Below, piece after piece: positions 8,566-17,239 of a stretch of DNA of 47,319 bases. The notes below the pieces were generated by a model. That model saw only the letters and a program-made list of their open reading frames with translations, did no database searches and had not been told where the DNA came from. A program made the position numbers and the translations under genes. Numbering within the stretch: position 1 is the first letter of the stretch; each line of letters begins with the position of its first letter. The DNA is from a virus (Duplodnaviria; Caudoviricetes): positions 1 to 47,319 of IMG/VR virus record IMGVR_UViG_3300044260_000040; one strand, written 5' to 3'.

Positions 8566-9444
8566 TCACAGCATCATCTCCTCTGCGGGCTCGACCCGGT
8601 TGCTATCGCATGCGCAGTGCACCTCGCAGTAGCCGCCGTCGCATTCGCGACGCGCCGTGTACCTGCAGGCGCCTTCGTTGCACTGCCGGAGCAGCGCGTC
8701 TGGATGAACGATGAACGACCCCGCCTGCATCTCAGGATGGCGGGCCCGGAAGTTGGCGACCGCTTCCGGCAGCCAAGATTGGGCCCGCTCCCACGACGCC
8801 TGCGACTCTTCGAAGGTCGGCGTGCGGAAGCAGAAGAACTCGCCGTGCGTCACGTCGTCGCCCGCGAGGGCGCGTCCGTCGCGTGTGCATTCGCACAACG
8901 GGGGCGCGTCCTGCGGGCGAGCGTCACGCCACGTGCGCACGAACTCGTCCTCGGGCTCGGGCTCGTCAGGCTCGTACCCGTCCGGGTCCCACGCATCAGG
9001 CGTGGGCCCGGGCTCGTACGCCGTGTTCGTGCGCTCGGCCACCTCGGCGTCAAGCTCGGAGCGGGACATGAAGTACCCGTCCGACTCAACACCGTTGGGC
9101 ATCAGGATGATGAGACCGGTCATCGTCACCGGATAGGCGTCCCGATACATCAGGCGCCATCGCCGGTTAGGCCCCACCCGCTGGAGGGTCCAGTCGAGCG
9201 GGAGTACCGCCTGCATGCGACGCATGACAGCGGTGTGGCCGGGGCGCGTACGCGGCGGTGCGAACAGCGTGATGTACCCGTTCTGGGCCCATGCCACGCA
9301 TGTGCGCCCGTTGTACGTCATGCTCACGCGCCCATCCATCTCGCGCACAAGGCGCGTGCCGGACGCGACGAGCACGCTGCGACGCATGCCCAAGCGCTCG
9401 TTCGCCTCGTACGCGGTGCGCGGGATAGGCTCGTACGCTGGCAT
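8566..9444 (-). CDS. Hypothetical protein with Cys-rich C-terminus
   Basis: Likely start MPAYEPI 2 nt after the GATase stop. The upstream part of track ORF 8566-10035 is shadow of the GATase. Confidence 0.65.
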   Translation of the reverse strand: MPAYEPIPRTAYEANERLGMRRSVLVASGTRLVREMDGRVSMTYNGRTCVAWAQNGYITLFAPPRTRPGHTAVMRRMQAVLPLDWTLQRVGPNRRWRLMYRDAYPVTMTGLIILMPNGVESDGYFMSRSELDAEVAERTNTAYEPGPTPDAWDPDGYEPDEPEPEDEFVRTWRDARPQDAPPLCECTRDGRALAGDDVTHGEFFCFRTPTFEESQASWERAQSWLPEAVANFRARHPEMQAGSFIVHPDALLRQCNEGACRYTARRECDGGYCEVHCACDSNRVEPAEEMML

Positions 9445-9446
9445 GG

Positions 9447-10436
9447 CTAGGCCACCACCAGCGCACTCGTCACGGGCGTCGTGCTCACGTACGCTTCCTC
9501 TTCGGTCGCGTCGTCCTGCGTGCCGTCCGGTGCCTTGTGCGCCATGTCGATGTACACGCCGCCGTCGATGACGTACACGTCGCCCAGCGTGTAGCAGGTG
9601 TCGCAGATGATGCCCTCGGGATAGTCGCCGTCTCGCGAGCGGTCGATAATCTTGAGGGCGGTGAGGTCGTGCCCATTGTGGCGGAACCGATACGGCCGGT
9701 CCACAACGCGCATCGAGCCCTTGTGCTTGCCCGCCTTGCGCTTGACCGTGCTCTGCGTGGTCGCGGTCACGGTGGCAGGCGTGCTCACGGCCGCCTTGTC
9801 CGACTGCTCTTGCGTGGTCGGCGTGTAGGCCCGTGTGGACTCGTACGGGCGCGGCACCCACGTGGACGGGGTGACGGCCGCGTATGGCTTGTGGTTGCTG
9901 GAGTACCAGAGGCCCCCATCCCACTTGCCCGACGTTTCCTGCAGGTTGACGGTCTCGGTCTCGGTCATCAAGACCAGCTTCGACCATCCGATGCTGCCGT
10001 TCACGAGGTAGCGCAGCGCGCCATCGCGCCACCACGCACTGGGCAGACGCGCCAGCACGTCGCGCACGAACACCTCGGTGTCCGACTCATCGGCCTTCGT
10101 CACGATGTCGATGACGCCGTTGTGAAAGACCAGCACCGGGCCTTCCTGCGGGTCCTCGTACATGTACGGGTGAGCGTGCGCTTGGTCCTCTGGACCGTGC
10201 GTCGCATAGCGGAAGTGCGCGACGTACTCGACCCCTGAGTGCTTGTCGAGGTCGCGCAGGAACTGAGCGAACTCGCGCTTCTCGTTAGGCGCGAACTTCG
10301 CGTAGCGCAGGCCCTCGTCCGTGCGCCATGCGGCCCCGAACCCGTCGGGGTGCCGCACCAACGCGGTGTCGATTACCTGCTGCGGGATGTTGCTCCCGCG
10401 CTCGCCCTTGACCGGGCGATGCGCAATCATGCACAC
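9447..10436 (-). CDS. Class II glutamine amidotransferase (Ntn hydrolase) with C-terminal CxxC domain
   Basis: GTG-TGC start gives Cys2. Motifs HPDGFG, AHFRYATHG, AHPY, FHNGVI, SDT; GGAG SD. Confidence 0.9.
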   Translation of the reverse strand: MCMIAHRPVKGERGSNIPQQVIDTALVRHPDGFGAAWRTDEGLRYAKFAPNEKREFAQFLRDLDKHSGVEYVAHFRYATHGPEDQAHAHPYMYEDPQEGPVLVFHNGVIDIVTKADESDTEVFVRDVLARLPSAWWRDGALRYLVNGSIGWSKLVLMTETETVNLQETSGKWDGGLWYSSNHKPYAAVTPSTWVPRPYESTRAYTPTTQEQSDKAAVSTPATVTATTQSTVKRKAGKHKGSMRVVDRPYRFRHNGHDLTALKIIDRSRDGDYPEGIICDTCYTLGDVYVIDGGVYIDMAHKAPDGTQDDATEEEAYVSTTPVTSALVVA

Positions 10437-10491
10437 GTTGTGCAATGCTCCATTCTGCCGGATGACCGGCGGCTGCGGTGTGTAGGCGACC

Positions 10492-10520
10492 ATCATAGGG
10501 CCGCCGCGCGTTCCTGTCAA
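10492..10520 (-). promoter_or_regulatory. sigma70-type promoter TTGACA-17-TATGAT
   Basis: Near-consensus boxes with 17-nt spacer upstream of the GATase. Confidence 0.85.
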
Positions 10521-10535
10521 CCCCCTTGTGCTCTC

Positions 10536-10640
10536 GCGCACAACGTGCGCGTATGTACGCACGCGCACAAGGCGCGTACGTGTGTAGGCATGAGCGCACA
10601 GGGCGCGCGCTCACAGGTGCACGGACGCACAAGGCGCGTG
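10536..10640. repeat. GCGCACAAGGCGCG-type repeats at 31-bp spacing
   Basis: Copies at 10563, 10594 and about 10625, plus a degenerate palindromic copy at 10536. Confidence 0.7.
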
Positions 10641-10724
10641 CACGTGTGAGGGCGAGACCGCACACAACGGCTCAGGGGCCCAGCGCACTGCACTGGACCC
10701 CTATAGACCGCACCAGACTGTACC

Positions 10725-10985
10725 TTAGCGCACCGCTCCTCTCGCGACCGCAGCTTTCAGGTCGGCCACGGTATATGGGCGCGGCCGGTCCGCGATGCTC
10801 GCGCGCCCGCTATCCAGTGACGCCGCGCGCAGCATGCCCGCTTGCGCGCGACGCACCCACGGGCTCGCGGCGCATCGCTCGTGCACGAGCGTACAACGCC
10901 CGTCCGCACCCACGCTCAGGATGCGCGCGTCCTCGGTGTACGCGATGGGCGCGAAACACCGGCCGCATGAACCCCGGTCACTCAT
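10725..10985 (-). CDS. Small Zn-finger-like protein
   Basis: CGRCFAPI...LVHERC. Confidence 0.55.
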   Translation of the reverse strand: MSDRGSCGRCFAPIAYTEDARILSVGADGRCTLVHERCAASPWVRRAQAGMLRAASLDSGRASIADRPRPYTVADLKAAVARGAVR

Positions 10986-11338
10986 GCTTCACCGCCCAGC
11001 ACGCCATCGTCCCAGAATGACGCATAGTCAACGCCTTCGGCGTCGCGCTCAGAGGCGATGCAGTCCTCGCCGTAGCGCGGCGGGATGCCGCTATCGTGCT
11101 CGCGGATGACGCCGCCGCACGTGCCGCAGGCGAGGATGTGCATGCCGGGCTCGCTCGGCTCGCACCACTCGTCCCACGAGAAGATGGCGCCGGGCCCGTT
11201 GCCCTCGGAGTCTCGCGTGCAGCACGCCACGAACCCGTCCGCACAACGCCCGAAGCGCGCCTCTGCGCAGGCCGGGCAGTGCGTGTCCGCGTCGTACGTG
11301 TACGCGATTGGTCGCGGGTCGCTGTTGAGATACGGCAT
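10982..11338 (-). CDS. Cys-rich hypothetical protein
   Basis: AYTYDADTHCPACA...ACGTCG; AGGAAGG SD. Confidence 0.65.
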   Translation of the reverse strand: MPYLNSDPRPIAYTYDADTHCPACAEARFGRCADGFVACCTRDSEGNGPGAIFSWDEWCEPSEPGMHILACGTCGGVIREHDSGIPPRYGEDCIASERDAEGVDYASFWDDGVLGGEA

Positions 11339-11343
11339 GTCTG

Positions 11344-11601
11344 CTACCTTCCTGTCGTGTAGAGTGTGGTCCAGATGCGGTTGAGTGCGGTTAGGGGCTT
11401 TCCGCTGGTGCGGTAGCCGTGCTCGTGCTTGGCGTGCGGCAGGCGCACAAGGTGCTTGGGCACGTTGCGGTGCACGCCATACGAGCGCTTGCGTCCGCAT
11501 GCCGCACAACGCTTGGGCCCGATTGCGGGCTCGTCGTATGCGTGCGCCTCGGGCAGAACCGTGATTGTGTGGTGTCGATTGCTGCGGTTACGAGTAGTCA
11601 T
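11344..11601 (-). CDS. Small basic Cys/His protein
   Basis: H...CAACG...H; GGAGG SD. Confidence 0.6.
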   Translation of the reverse strand: MTTRNRSNRHHTITVLPEAHAYDEPAIGPKRCAACGRKRSYGVHRNVPKHLVRLPHAKHEHGYRTSGKPLTALNRIWTTLYTTGR

Positions 11602-11656
11602 TGCTGGCACCCTCCGTCACTGAACAGGCCAAAGCTCACCAGAACTGCCAAGAGGC

Positions 11657-11686
11657 AGGCTAACCACACCAGAGTCACCTTGTCCA
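11657..11686 (-). promoter_or_regulatory. Candidate promoter TGGACA-18-TAGCCT
   Basis: Preceded by AAGGGG, like the 10520 promoter; lies upstream of the 11601 gene. Confidence 0.5.
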
Positions 11687-11705
11687 CCCCTTTCGCTGGA
11701 TGGCC

Positions 11706-11728
11706 GACCGGCGGTCCGGCCGCCGGTC
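11706..11728. terminator. 9-bp GC hairpin downstream of the amidoligase (no U tract)
   Basis: GACCGGCGG-TCCGG-CCGCCGGTC. Confidence 0.4.
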
Positions 11729-11853
11729 CTCGCGCGGAGCGCTCACGAGAGCGCATTCCCGCGCCTTGTGCACTCGCTGCATGTGCAGCCGGTGCGTCGT
11801 GCTCAGGCGCCCAAGGCGCACGTTGTACGTGACGTGTGAGGCTCGGTTCGGCG

Positions 11854-12921
11854 TCATTCCACACCACCTGTCGCCGCAAGGCGGCCAGCGAAGCGCTCGC
11901 GGATGAACGCGAGCAGGGCCGGGTACTCGGTCGGGCGCTGCTCGCACCAGTGCACGAACGCGCTGACCTGCGGGACGTTCGCCGCGTCGCGAGTGAACTC
12001 GACCATGGCGGCCGTCCACTCCAGCTTGGCGAAGAAGCGGTCCACCCGTAGGGTGCCGCGAGGAAGGCGGAACTCAATCCGCCCTCTGTTCTGAGCGTTC
12101 AGGACCGTGTAGCGGTCCTGCGAGGCGTATCCCCACGCGAACACCTGCTGCGCCCATGTGCGCCGCCGGTCGGCCGTGGACAACGCGTCGAAGCGCGCCC
12201 AGTGCGACATGCTCTCGTGAGTGCGCTGCGCCATGCGAACGCTCCAGCGCGGATTGGCGCACACCAGAGCGGCGAACCGCTCCAGATGCGAAGCATCTGC
12301 GAAGGCGTCCGTGCCGATGTTGACGTGCAGGCCGCAGGTGTCGCCGTCGTGGCTGCGGACCCCGCCGTGGAGCAGGCTGCGGAACATCTCGGAGAGATGC
12401 GGCTTGGCGGCCTGCCAGTAGGCCAGCGTAGCTGGCTGCGACGCGAACTCGGGCCCTGAGACGCTGCCGTCATGCTTCGCATGCCAGAGGCCACGAGGCG
12501 AGGCCATGCTCACGGCCTCATCAGCCGACATGTCGCCTTCGGCGGTCCAACGAGCCTGCTGCCGGGCCCTGTAGGCCCGGTTCCTGCGGTCCCACGCTGC
12601 ATACTCGCGCTCGGCCTGCATGTAGCGGGCCCGCTCGTCCTCGTTCGCGTTGTACGGCAGGTACGGCAGGTTCACCCTGCCGGGCAGGTCTCGGAAGCGG
12701 CGTTGCGGGACGGCCGTCTCAAGCTCCACACCGAAGGTGGGAGCGGCGGTGCCAGCAATCTGCTCGGCTGTCGTCCTACGGACGGTCCAGCCGCCTCGTG
12801 GCTGTGACGAGTACGAGTGAATGGTCCCGGCCCGAACGGAGTTCGGGAGGCCCTGCTTGCGCTTGCAGGGCTCGCATGTACAAGAGGCCATATCGGCTAC
12901 GCCGACCTGTTCCTCGCTCAC
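11854..12921 (-). CDS. Putative amidoligase (Amidoligase_2 / COOH-NH2 ligase fold)
   Basis: FGVELE, KHDGSV..PEF.SQP, CGLHVNI, RY..LN, IEFRLPRGTL; AAGGAG SD before GTG. Confidence 0.88.
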   Translation of the reverse strand: MSEEQVGVADMASCTCEPCKRKQGLPNSVRAGTIHSYSSQPRGGWTVRRTTAEQIAGTAAPTFGVELETAVPQRRFRDLPGRVNLPYLPYNANEDERARYMQAEREYAAWDRRNRAYRARQQARWTAEGDMSADEAVSMASPRGLWHAKHDGSVSGPEFASQPATLAYWQAAKPHLSEMFRSLLHGGVRSHDGDTCGLHVNIGTDAFADASHLERFAALVCANPRWSVRMAQRTHESMSHWARFDALSTADRRRTWAQQVFAWGYASQDRYTVLNAQNRGRIEFRLPRGTLRVDRFFAKLEWTAAMVEFTRDAANVPQVSAFVHWCEQRPTEYPALLAFIRERFAGRLAATGGVE

Positions 12922-12977
12922 TGCGCTCTCCTTCGGAGCTGCACCGGCCTTCGCCGTCTGGCGTCGTGCCGGACTCC

Positions 12978-13005
12978 AGCATCGGCCCGGCTGCCCGGAT
13001 GTCAA
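12978..13005 (-). promoter_or_regulatory. Candidate promoter TTGACA-16-GATGCT
   Basis: Perfect -35 upstream of the amidoligase; weaker -10. Confidence 0.55.
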
Positions 13006-13088
13006 GTGCACCGAACCGCACCAGACCGCTCAATCGCGAAGGAATGTGGTGCGGCGTGGCACCAGCCTCGTGCGCGCGTCTCTCGCGC

Positions 13089-13157
13089 GTGCGCTACGCG
13101 CTGCGCACAAGGCGCACGTGGGCAGCGCGCTGCGCCTTGTGCGCTATGCGCTGCGCA
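13089..13157. repeat. Inverted pair of GCGCACAAGGCGC plus a 19-bp direct repeat
   Basis: 13103-13115 and 13132-13144 are exact inverted copies; GTGCGCTA(C/T)GCGCTGCGCA at 13089 and 13139. Confidence 0.7.
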
Positions 13158-13413
13158 GGGCAGCGGTGAGGTGAGTGACGGTGAAGGGCGAGGGGGCCTA
13201 TCCTGCTGCCCGCTTGTGCAGTGGGGTGCGGTGGCGGCTCGCGCCCATACATACGTTGTGCGTGCGCTCGCAGAATGCGTGGGGGCGCCGCGCGCGCGTT
13301 CCGCGTACGGGTACCCGGGTACGGGCGGGTTCGCGAGGGACGGGGCGGCGCGGCGGACAGGCCCGTTCGTCAGCGTATTGACCGATTTCCGTTGACCCCC
13401 GGCACCGCATTCT

Positions 13414-13698
13414 CGGTTACGAAAACGCCCGAAATCGCCCGCCGTAACCGCTGCCGTAACCGTTTTGACGCAAGGTGTGACAATACGGTTACGGTGGCCC
13501 AAAAACCGTAACCGCCAGCCGTAACCGTAGTGGGGTTAGGTGCACTTAGGTGACCATTCCTCACGCTCAGCACCGGAGTTTCGGTACTCAGGGGTCCCTG
13601 TCCACCGTAACTTCCGTAACCGTAACCGAAACGGCCTATGGTTGTGAGGATTTGTGAGGTTCCTTGGAGAGCAAAGTTACGGGTTACGGCGGTTACGG
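13414..13698. repeat. Iteron-like array (12 copies of CCGTAACCG or its CGTAAC core, both orientations); probable replication origin
   Basis: Copies near 13414(-), 13442, 13454, 13486(-), 13506, 13519, 13605, 13614, 13620, 13675(-), 13682(-), 13690(-), in the non-coding strand-switch zone upstream of replication genes. Confidence 0.75.
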
Positions 13699-13741
13699 GG
13701 GACAGGGGGAGGGCTTCAACTCGCTCGCTTGGTTGAAGCCA

Positions 13742-13770
13742 TTGACCAGTGCTGGCACCGGGGGTATACT
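13742..13770 (+). promoter_or_regulatory. sigma70-type promoter TTGACC-17-TATACT
   Basis: Near consensus; heads the rightward replication operon. Confidence 0.85.
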
Positions 13771-13822
13771 TACGAAGCACGGTCGGCACTCAGCCCGCCC
13801 GGCAAGTAGGAGACATGCCGCA

Positions 13823-14314
13823 ATGGGCGACAACCTCTTCATGGCCTCGCAGCCGCACATCCCGAACATCGACCTCGGGCTGAACGATGCGAAGCTGGTC
13901 GGCGTCTCTACCATCTACCTCGCGGGTGGTCAGTTCGGTGAGGGCTTCGTCACCGAGAACGAGAAGGGCGAGAAGGTCAACCGGTTCCGCTGGGTGTTCG
14001 CACTCACGGACGAGAACGGCGCCACGTTGTACGACGAGGGCGACCCGGTGGAAGTGGACTGCGTGACCGGGCTGCAGTTCTTCGCCAAGGCCAAGTCGCC
14101 GTCCAAGCAGGTGCGCATCATGCGTGCGCTGCTCACGGCTACCGAAGCTCCCATGTGGGAAGCGGGCGAGGGAGCGCCGCCCCTCACGTCGCTCCTCGGA
14201 CGCCCGGTGCAGGTCGAGGTCGGCCTGAACGACAAGGGCTACCCCACTGCCGTTTCCGTGCTGGCGCCCACGAGGTCGCAGCGCGCTCGGGCGGAGGCCC
14301 GTTCGGCGGAGTAG
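13823..14314 (+). CDS. Putative single-stranded DNA-binding protein (OB-fold, DUF669-like)
   Basis: Beta-rich with RFRWVF, SK...IMRALL, LLGRPVQVEV...KGY pattern; first gene of the replication operon; AGGAG SD. Confidence 0.6.
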   Translation: MGDNLFMASQPHIPNIDLGLNDAKLVGVSTIYLAGGQFGEGFVTENEKGEKVNRFRWVFALTDENGATLYDEGDPVEVDCVTGLQFFAKAKSPSKQVRIMRALLTATEAPMWEAGEGAPPLTSLLGRPVQVEVGLNDKGYPTAVSVLAPTRSQRARAEARSAE

Positions 14315-14388
14315 CCTGTGGACCGCGCCCCCCTGCTCGCGTTGGCTGTCGCGGGAGGGGGGCGCCGGTTCCCCTTGATAGGAGAGCA

Positions 14389-14521
14389 CGTGCTCGACGC
14401 ACTGGTGTGGTTCGTTCTGGAGAACCCGCTGCTCGTCGGCGTGGCGCTGGGCATCCTTGCCGCCGTGTCGTCGCTGGCGTTCTTCACGTGGGTCGCTCTG
14501 TATGTGATGGGTCTGCCGTGA
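14389..14521 (+). CDS. Small membrane protein
   Basis: AGGAG SD before GTG; hydrophobic sequence. Confidence 0.5.
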
Positions 14522-14685
14522 CAACGCGCATCATCATTCCGTGCATCATGGTCGGTGCCCGGCCGCTCAAACACCGCTGGCGCTATGAGGGTGAGTACAA
14601 CCCCTACTCCGAGGAGACGGAGTGGCGGAAGCGTTGTACTCGTTGCCATCGCTGGTGGAACGACGTGCACGCGGCGTTCAGTTGA
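14518..14685 (+). CDS. Small Cys/His protein
   Basis: C...H.W...CTRC; GTGA and TGATG coupling. Confidence 0.5.
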   Translation: MTTRIIIPCIMVGARPLKHRWRYEGEYNPYSEETEWRKRCTRCHRWWNDVHAAFS

Positions 14686-16379
14686 TGGAGGGCAGCGACA
14701 TCACGCAACTGGATAGCGCGCTCAGCATCGCCGCCCACGGGCTGGCGGTGTTCCCGGCGCGCGACAAGAAGCCGCTCGTGGCGTGGTCGGACTACGCGAC
14801 CACGGACGAGAAGCACATCCGCCGCTGGTGGGAACGCTGGCCGGACGCGGAGGTCGGCGTGCCGATGCCCGAGGGCACGGTCGCCGTGGACATTGACGAC
14901 CTGAACGCAGTGAAGCTCGCAGAGTCCCGGGGCGAGCTATGGTTCGTCGCTACCGAGGGTCAGCAGACGCGCTCGGGCGGCTTCCACTTCTTCTATCGCA
15001 CCGACGGACGCCCTGTCCCGCAGGTCGTCAAGCGCGGCGGCATCGCGCTCGACACACGCAGCGGTGGCAAGGGCTACGTCATCGCGTACGACCCGGAGCC
15101 GTTCGACCCATCGCGCTGGGCGGAAGCGATGGAGTGGCTGTACACCGAGGTATCCGACCCACCAAATGTTCCGCAAACCCACCAAATCCTAACAACGCGG
15201 AACGACATCCTCTCGTGGTTGGGCACGTTCCCGGCGAGGGGCATGACGCTTTCGGAAGCGCAGTTCCGTGGGCTGCTGCTCACCCGCAGGGAAGAGGGCA
15301 GCATCGTCGCGTCGGACCCGGCTAGGCCGTGGACCGACGACGACCTCGCGAAGCTGGCCTACGAAGCCTCGCAGTGGGAGGTGTCGAAGGCCCTCCTGCC
15401 CCCGTTGCTGCGAGGCGAGGAAGCTGTCGTGGCGCAGGGCCTCGCTGGCATGGACGCCGTTGACCTGCTGAAAGAGGACATCCCTCCCATGCAGTGGGCG
15501 TTCCAAGGCTTGCTGCAGGAAGGGCTCGTCGTCCTCGCTGCGCCACCGAAGGCGGGCAAGTCGATGCTCGCGTACCAGATGTGCGTGCATCTGGTCATGG
15601 GGCTGGACTTGCTCGGTTGCGCAACAACGCAGAAACCCGTCCGCTATTACGCACTGGAGGACGGGAAGCGACGGTCGCAGCAGCGCATCCGTGGCGTGCT
15701 CGCCGGTCTGGGCGGGGCGAACCTGCGAAGGGGCATCGACCTGCGCTGGACATCGCCCAAGCTGAAGGGCGGGCTGGAAGAGGAGATTGACGAATACTTC
15801 GCGCTGAACCCCAGTGGTGTCGTCGTCATCGACGTTCTCGCCAAGGTGCGCCCGGAAGGCAAGGGCGGCAAGTCCCTGAACGCCTATGACGAGGACTACA
15901 ATCTGCTGTCCGGCCTGCAGGCCGTAACGACCAACCACCCCGGCACGACCGTCCTCGTCGTAACTCACGACAGGAAGGCCGCTTCCGAAGACTGGGTGAC
16001 GCGCATCACGGGCACACGAGGTGTCTCGGGTGTGGCGGATGCCGTCATCTACGTGGACCGCAAGCGCGACGAGATGATTGGGCGCATCCACGTCACCGGG
16101 CGCGACTCGGAGGACCAAATCCTCGCCGTAGAGTTCACCGGCTCGGGCTGGCGCCCCGCCGCAGCCGAAGCGCTCATCGGTGGAGCGCATCCGTCCCGGC
16201 AACTCATCTTCAACTGGCTCAAAGAGAACGGCCCCGCGTGGCAGAAAGCCATTGCGGAGGGCACCGGCCTGTCGCCAGACGTGGTAAAGTCCCGCGTGTA
16301 CGACATGTCGAAGGACGGCATCCTGTCTGGAGGACCCGCTGGGTACTCTGTGCCTGTTAAAGAGGACGACGAGGGGTGA
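14685..16379 (+). CDS. Bifunctional primase-polymerase fused to AAA_25 (RepA-like) helicase with C-terminal wHTH
   Basis: VFP..DKKP, WW..WPDA.VG, VDID, TRSGGFHFFY, DTR.GGKGYVIA; Walker A APPKAGKS, VVIDVL, VTHDRK, GT.G..GVAD. Confidence 0.9.
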   Translation: MEGSDITQLDSALSIAAHGLAVFPARDKKPLVAWSDYATTDEKHIRRWWERWPDAEVGVPMPEGTVAVDIDDLNAVKLAESRGELWFVATEGQQTRSGGFHFFYRTDGRPVPQVVKRGGIALDTRSGGKGYVIAYDPEPFDPSRWAEAMEWLYTEVSDPPNVPQTHQILTTRNDILSWLGTFPARGMTLSEAQFRGLLLTRREEGSIVASDPARPWTDDDLAKLAYEASQWEVSKALLPPLLRGEEAVVAQGLAGMDAVDLLKEDIPPMQWAFQGLLQEGLVVLAAPPKAGKSMLAYQMCVHLVMGLDLLGCATTQKPVRYYALEDGKRRSQQRIRGVLAGLGGANLRRGIDLRWTSPKLKGGLEEEIDEYFALNPSGVVVIDVLAKVRPEGKGGKSLNAYDEDYNLLSGLQAVTTNHPGTTVLVVTHDRKAASEDWVTRITGTRGVSGVADAVIYVDRKRDEMIGRIHVTGRDSEDQILAVEFTGSGWRPAAAEALIGGAHPSRQLIFNWLKENGPAWQKAIAEGTGLSPDVVKSRVYDMSKDGILSGGPAGYSVPVKEDDEG

Positions 16380-16382
16380 CGA

Positions 16383-16805
16383 ATGGCGCCGAAACGCGCT
16401 TCGGACGCGTCTGCGTGCCCAAACTGCGGTCGCAAACACCGCACGTTGACGCCGGAAGAGTGCAAAGACCGTCGAATGTCGGAGAAGACCCTCCAACAGA
16501 GGGTCATCTACCACGCTAAGCGACGCGGATGGACGGTCGCGCACGTCGGAAGGGGCTACGTCGGCGGTGACGGGGGCCAGTTCGTCACTCAGATGACGCC
16601 CGGGTGGCCGGACTTGGTGCTATTCAAGCCCGGGGCGCCTCATCCCATCCTTGCAATGGAGTTGAAGCGCCAGCAGGGCGTCGTTGCCGACAATCAGTTG
16701 GAGTGGTTGCGCCTCTTCAACGCCTGTGGCGTGCCCGGCGTGCTCATCAGGCCGAAAGACTTGCGTCTCGGGGTGCTGGACGCCATCCTGAGCCAGAAAG
16801 ACTGA
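16383..16805 (+). CDS. VRR-NUC family nuclease with N-terminal Zn knuckle
   Basis: SEKTLQ, PGWPDL, MELK, Q.EW, IRP.D. Confidence 0.85.
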   Translation: MAPKRASDASACPNCGRKHRTLTPEECKDRRMSEKTLQQRVIYHAKRRGWTVAHVGRGYVGGDGGQFVTQMTPGWPDLVLFKPGAPHPILAMELKRQQGVVADNQLEWLRLFNACGVPGVLIRPKDLRLGVLDAILSQKD

Positions 16806-16814
16806 TGGTATGCT
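16806..16814 (+). promoter_or_regulatory. Candidate extended -10 (TGG-TATGCT) before the terminase operon
   Basis: Directly after the VRR-NUC stop, just upstream of the ATG at 16823. Confidence 0.45.
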
Positions 16815-16822
16815 GGTAGGAC

Positions 16823-17239
16823 ATGCCAATCCCGCGTAAATCGCCAGAAGAGAAACGTGCTTCCGCCGCCGCAAGGATGGCGCGCTCTCGTGCACGCCGA
16901 AAGCAGCAGGCCGTTGACTACGCCGACCACGTGCTAGGCGTGAAAGAGTCGCCCGGCGTCGAGCCGCCACCCAAGACGGACGTGGCGAAGCTCTTGCGCG
17001 ACCGCTACCACGACATCATCAACCAGATGTCCGATGAGGACCTGCTGGTTAAGGATTTCGCACCGGGACTGAACGTCGCCTTGAAGGCTCAGGCGCAGTT
17101 GGACAAGCGCGAGGCGCAGAAGTCCAAGGGCGAGAACGCCGAACTGGCGTTCGCCATCATCGCGATGCTCGGCGGCCAAGCACCGCTGCAACTGAACGAC
17201 GGGAACACCGTTGAGGGCGAAGCCGTTGAGATTGAGTGA
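16823..17239 (+). CDS. Probable terminase small subunit
   Basis: Position, size, basic N-terminus and a C-terminal VEGEAVEIE tail; no diagnostic motif. Confidence 0.55.
   Translation: MPIPRKSPEEKRASAAARMARSRARRKQQAVDYADHVLGVKESPGVEPPPKTDVAKLLRDRYHDIINQMSDEDLLVKDFAPGLNVALKAQAQLDKREAQKSKGENAELAFAIIAMLGGQAPLQLNDGNTVEGEAVEIE

Noticed and set aside
10530-13700. CRISPR array
   Set aside because: Repeats are short, degenerate and in mixed orientation, without regular unique spacers. The Cas4-like nuclease is a common phage exonuclease.
13370-13789. 139-aa minus-strand ORF and the 5' extension of ORF 13664-14314
   Set aside because: They run through the iteron array and promoter; the VTAVT/GYGYG text is simply the translated repeat.
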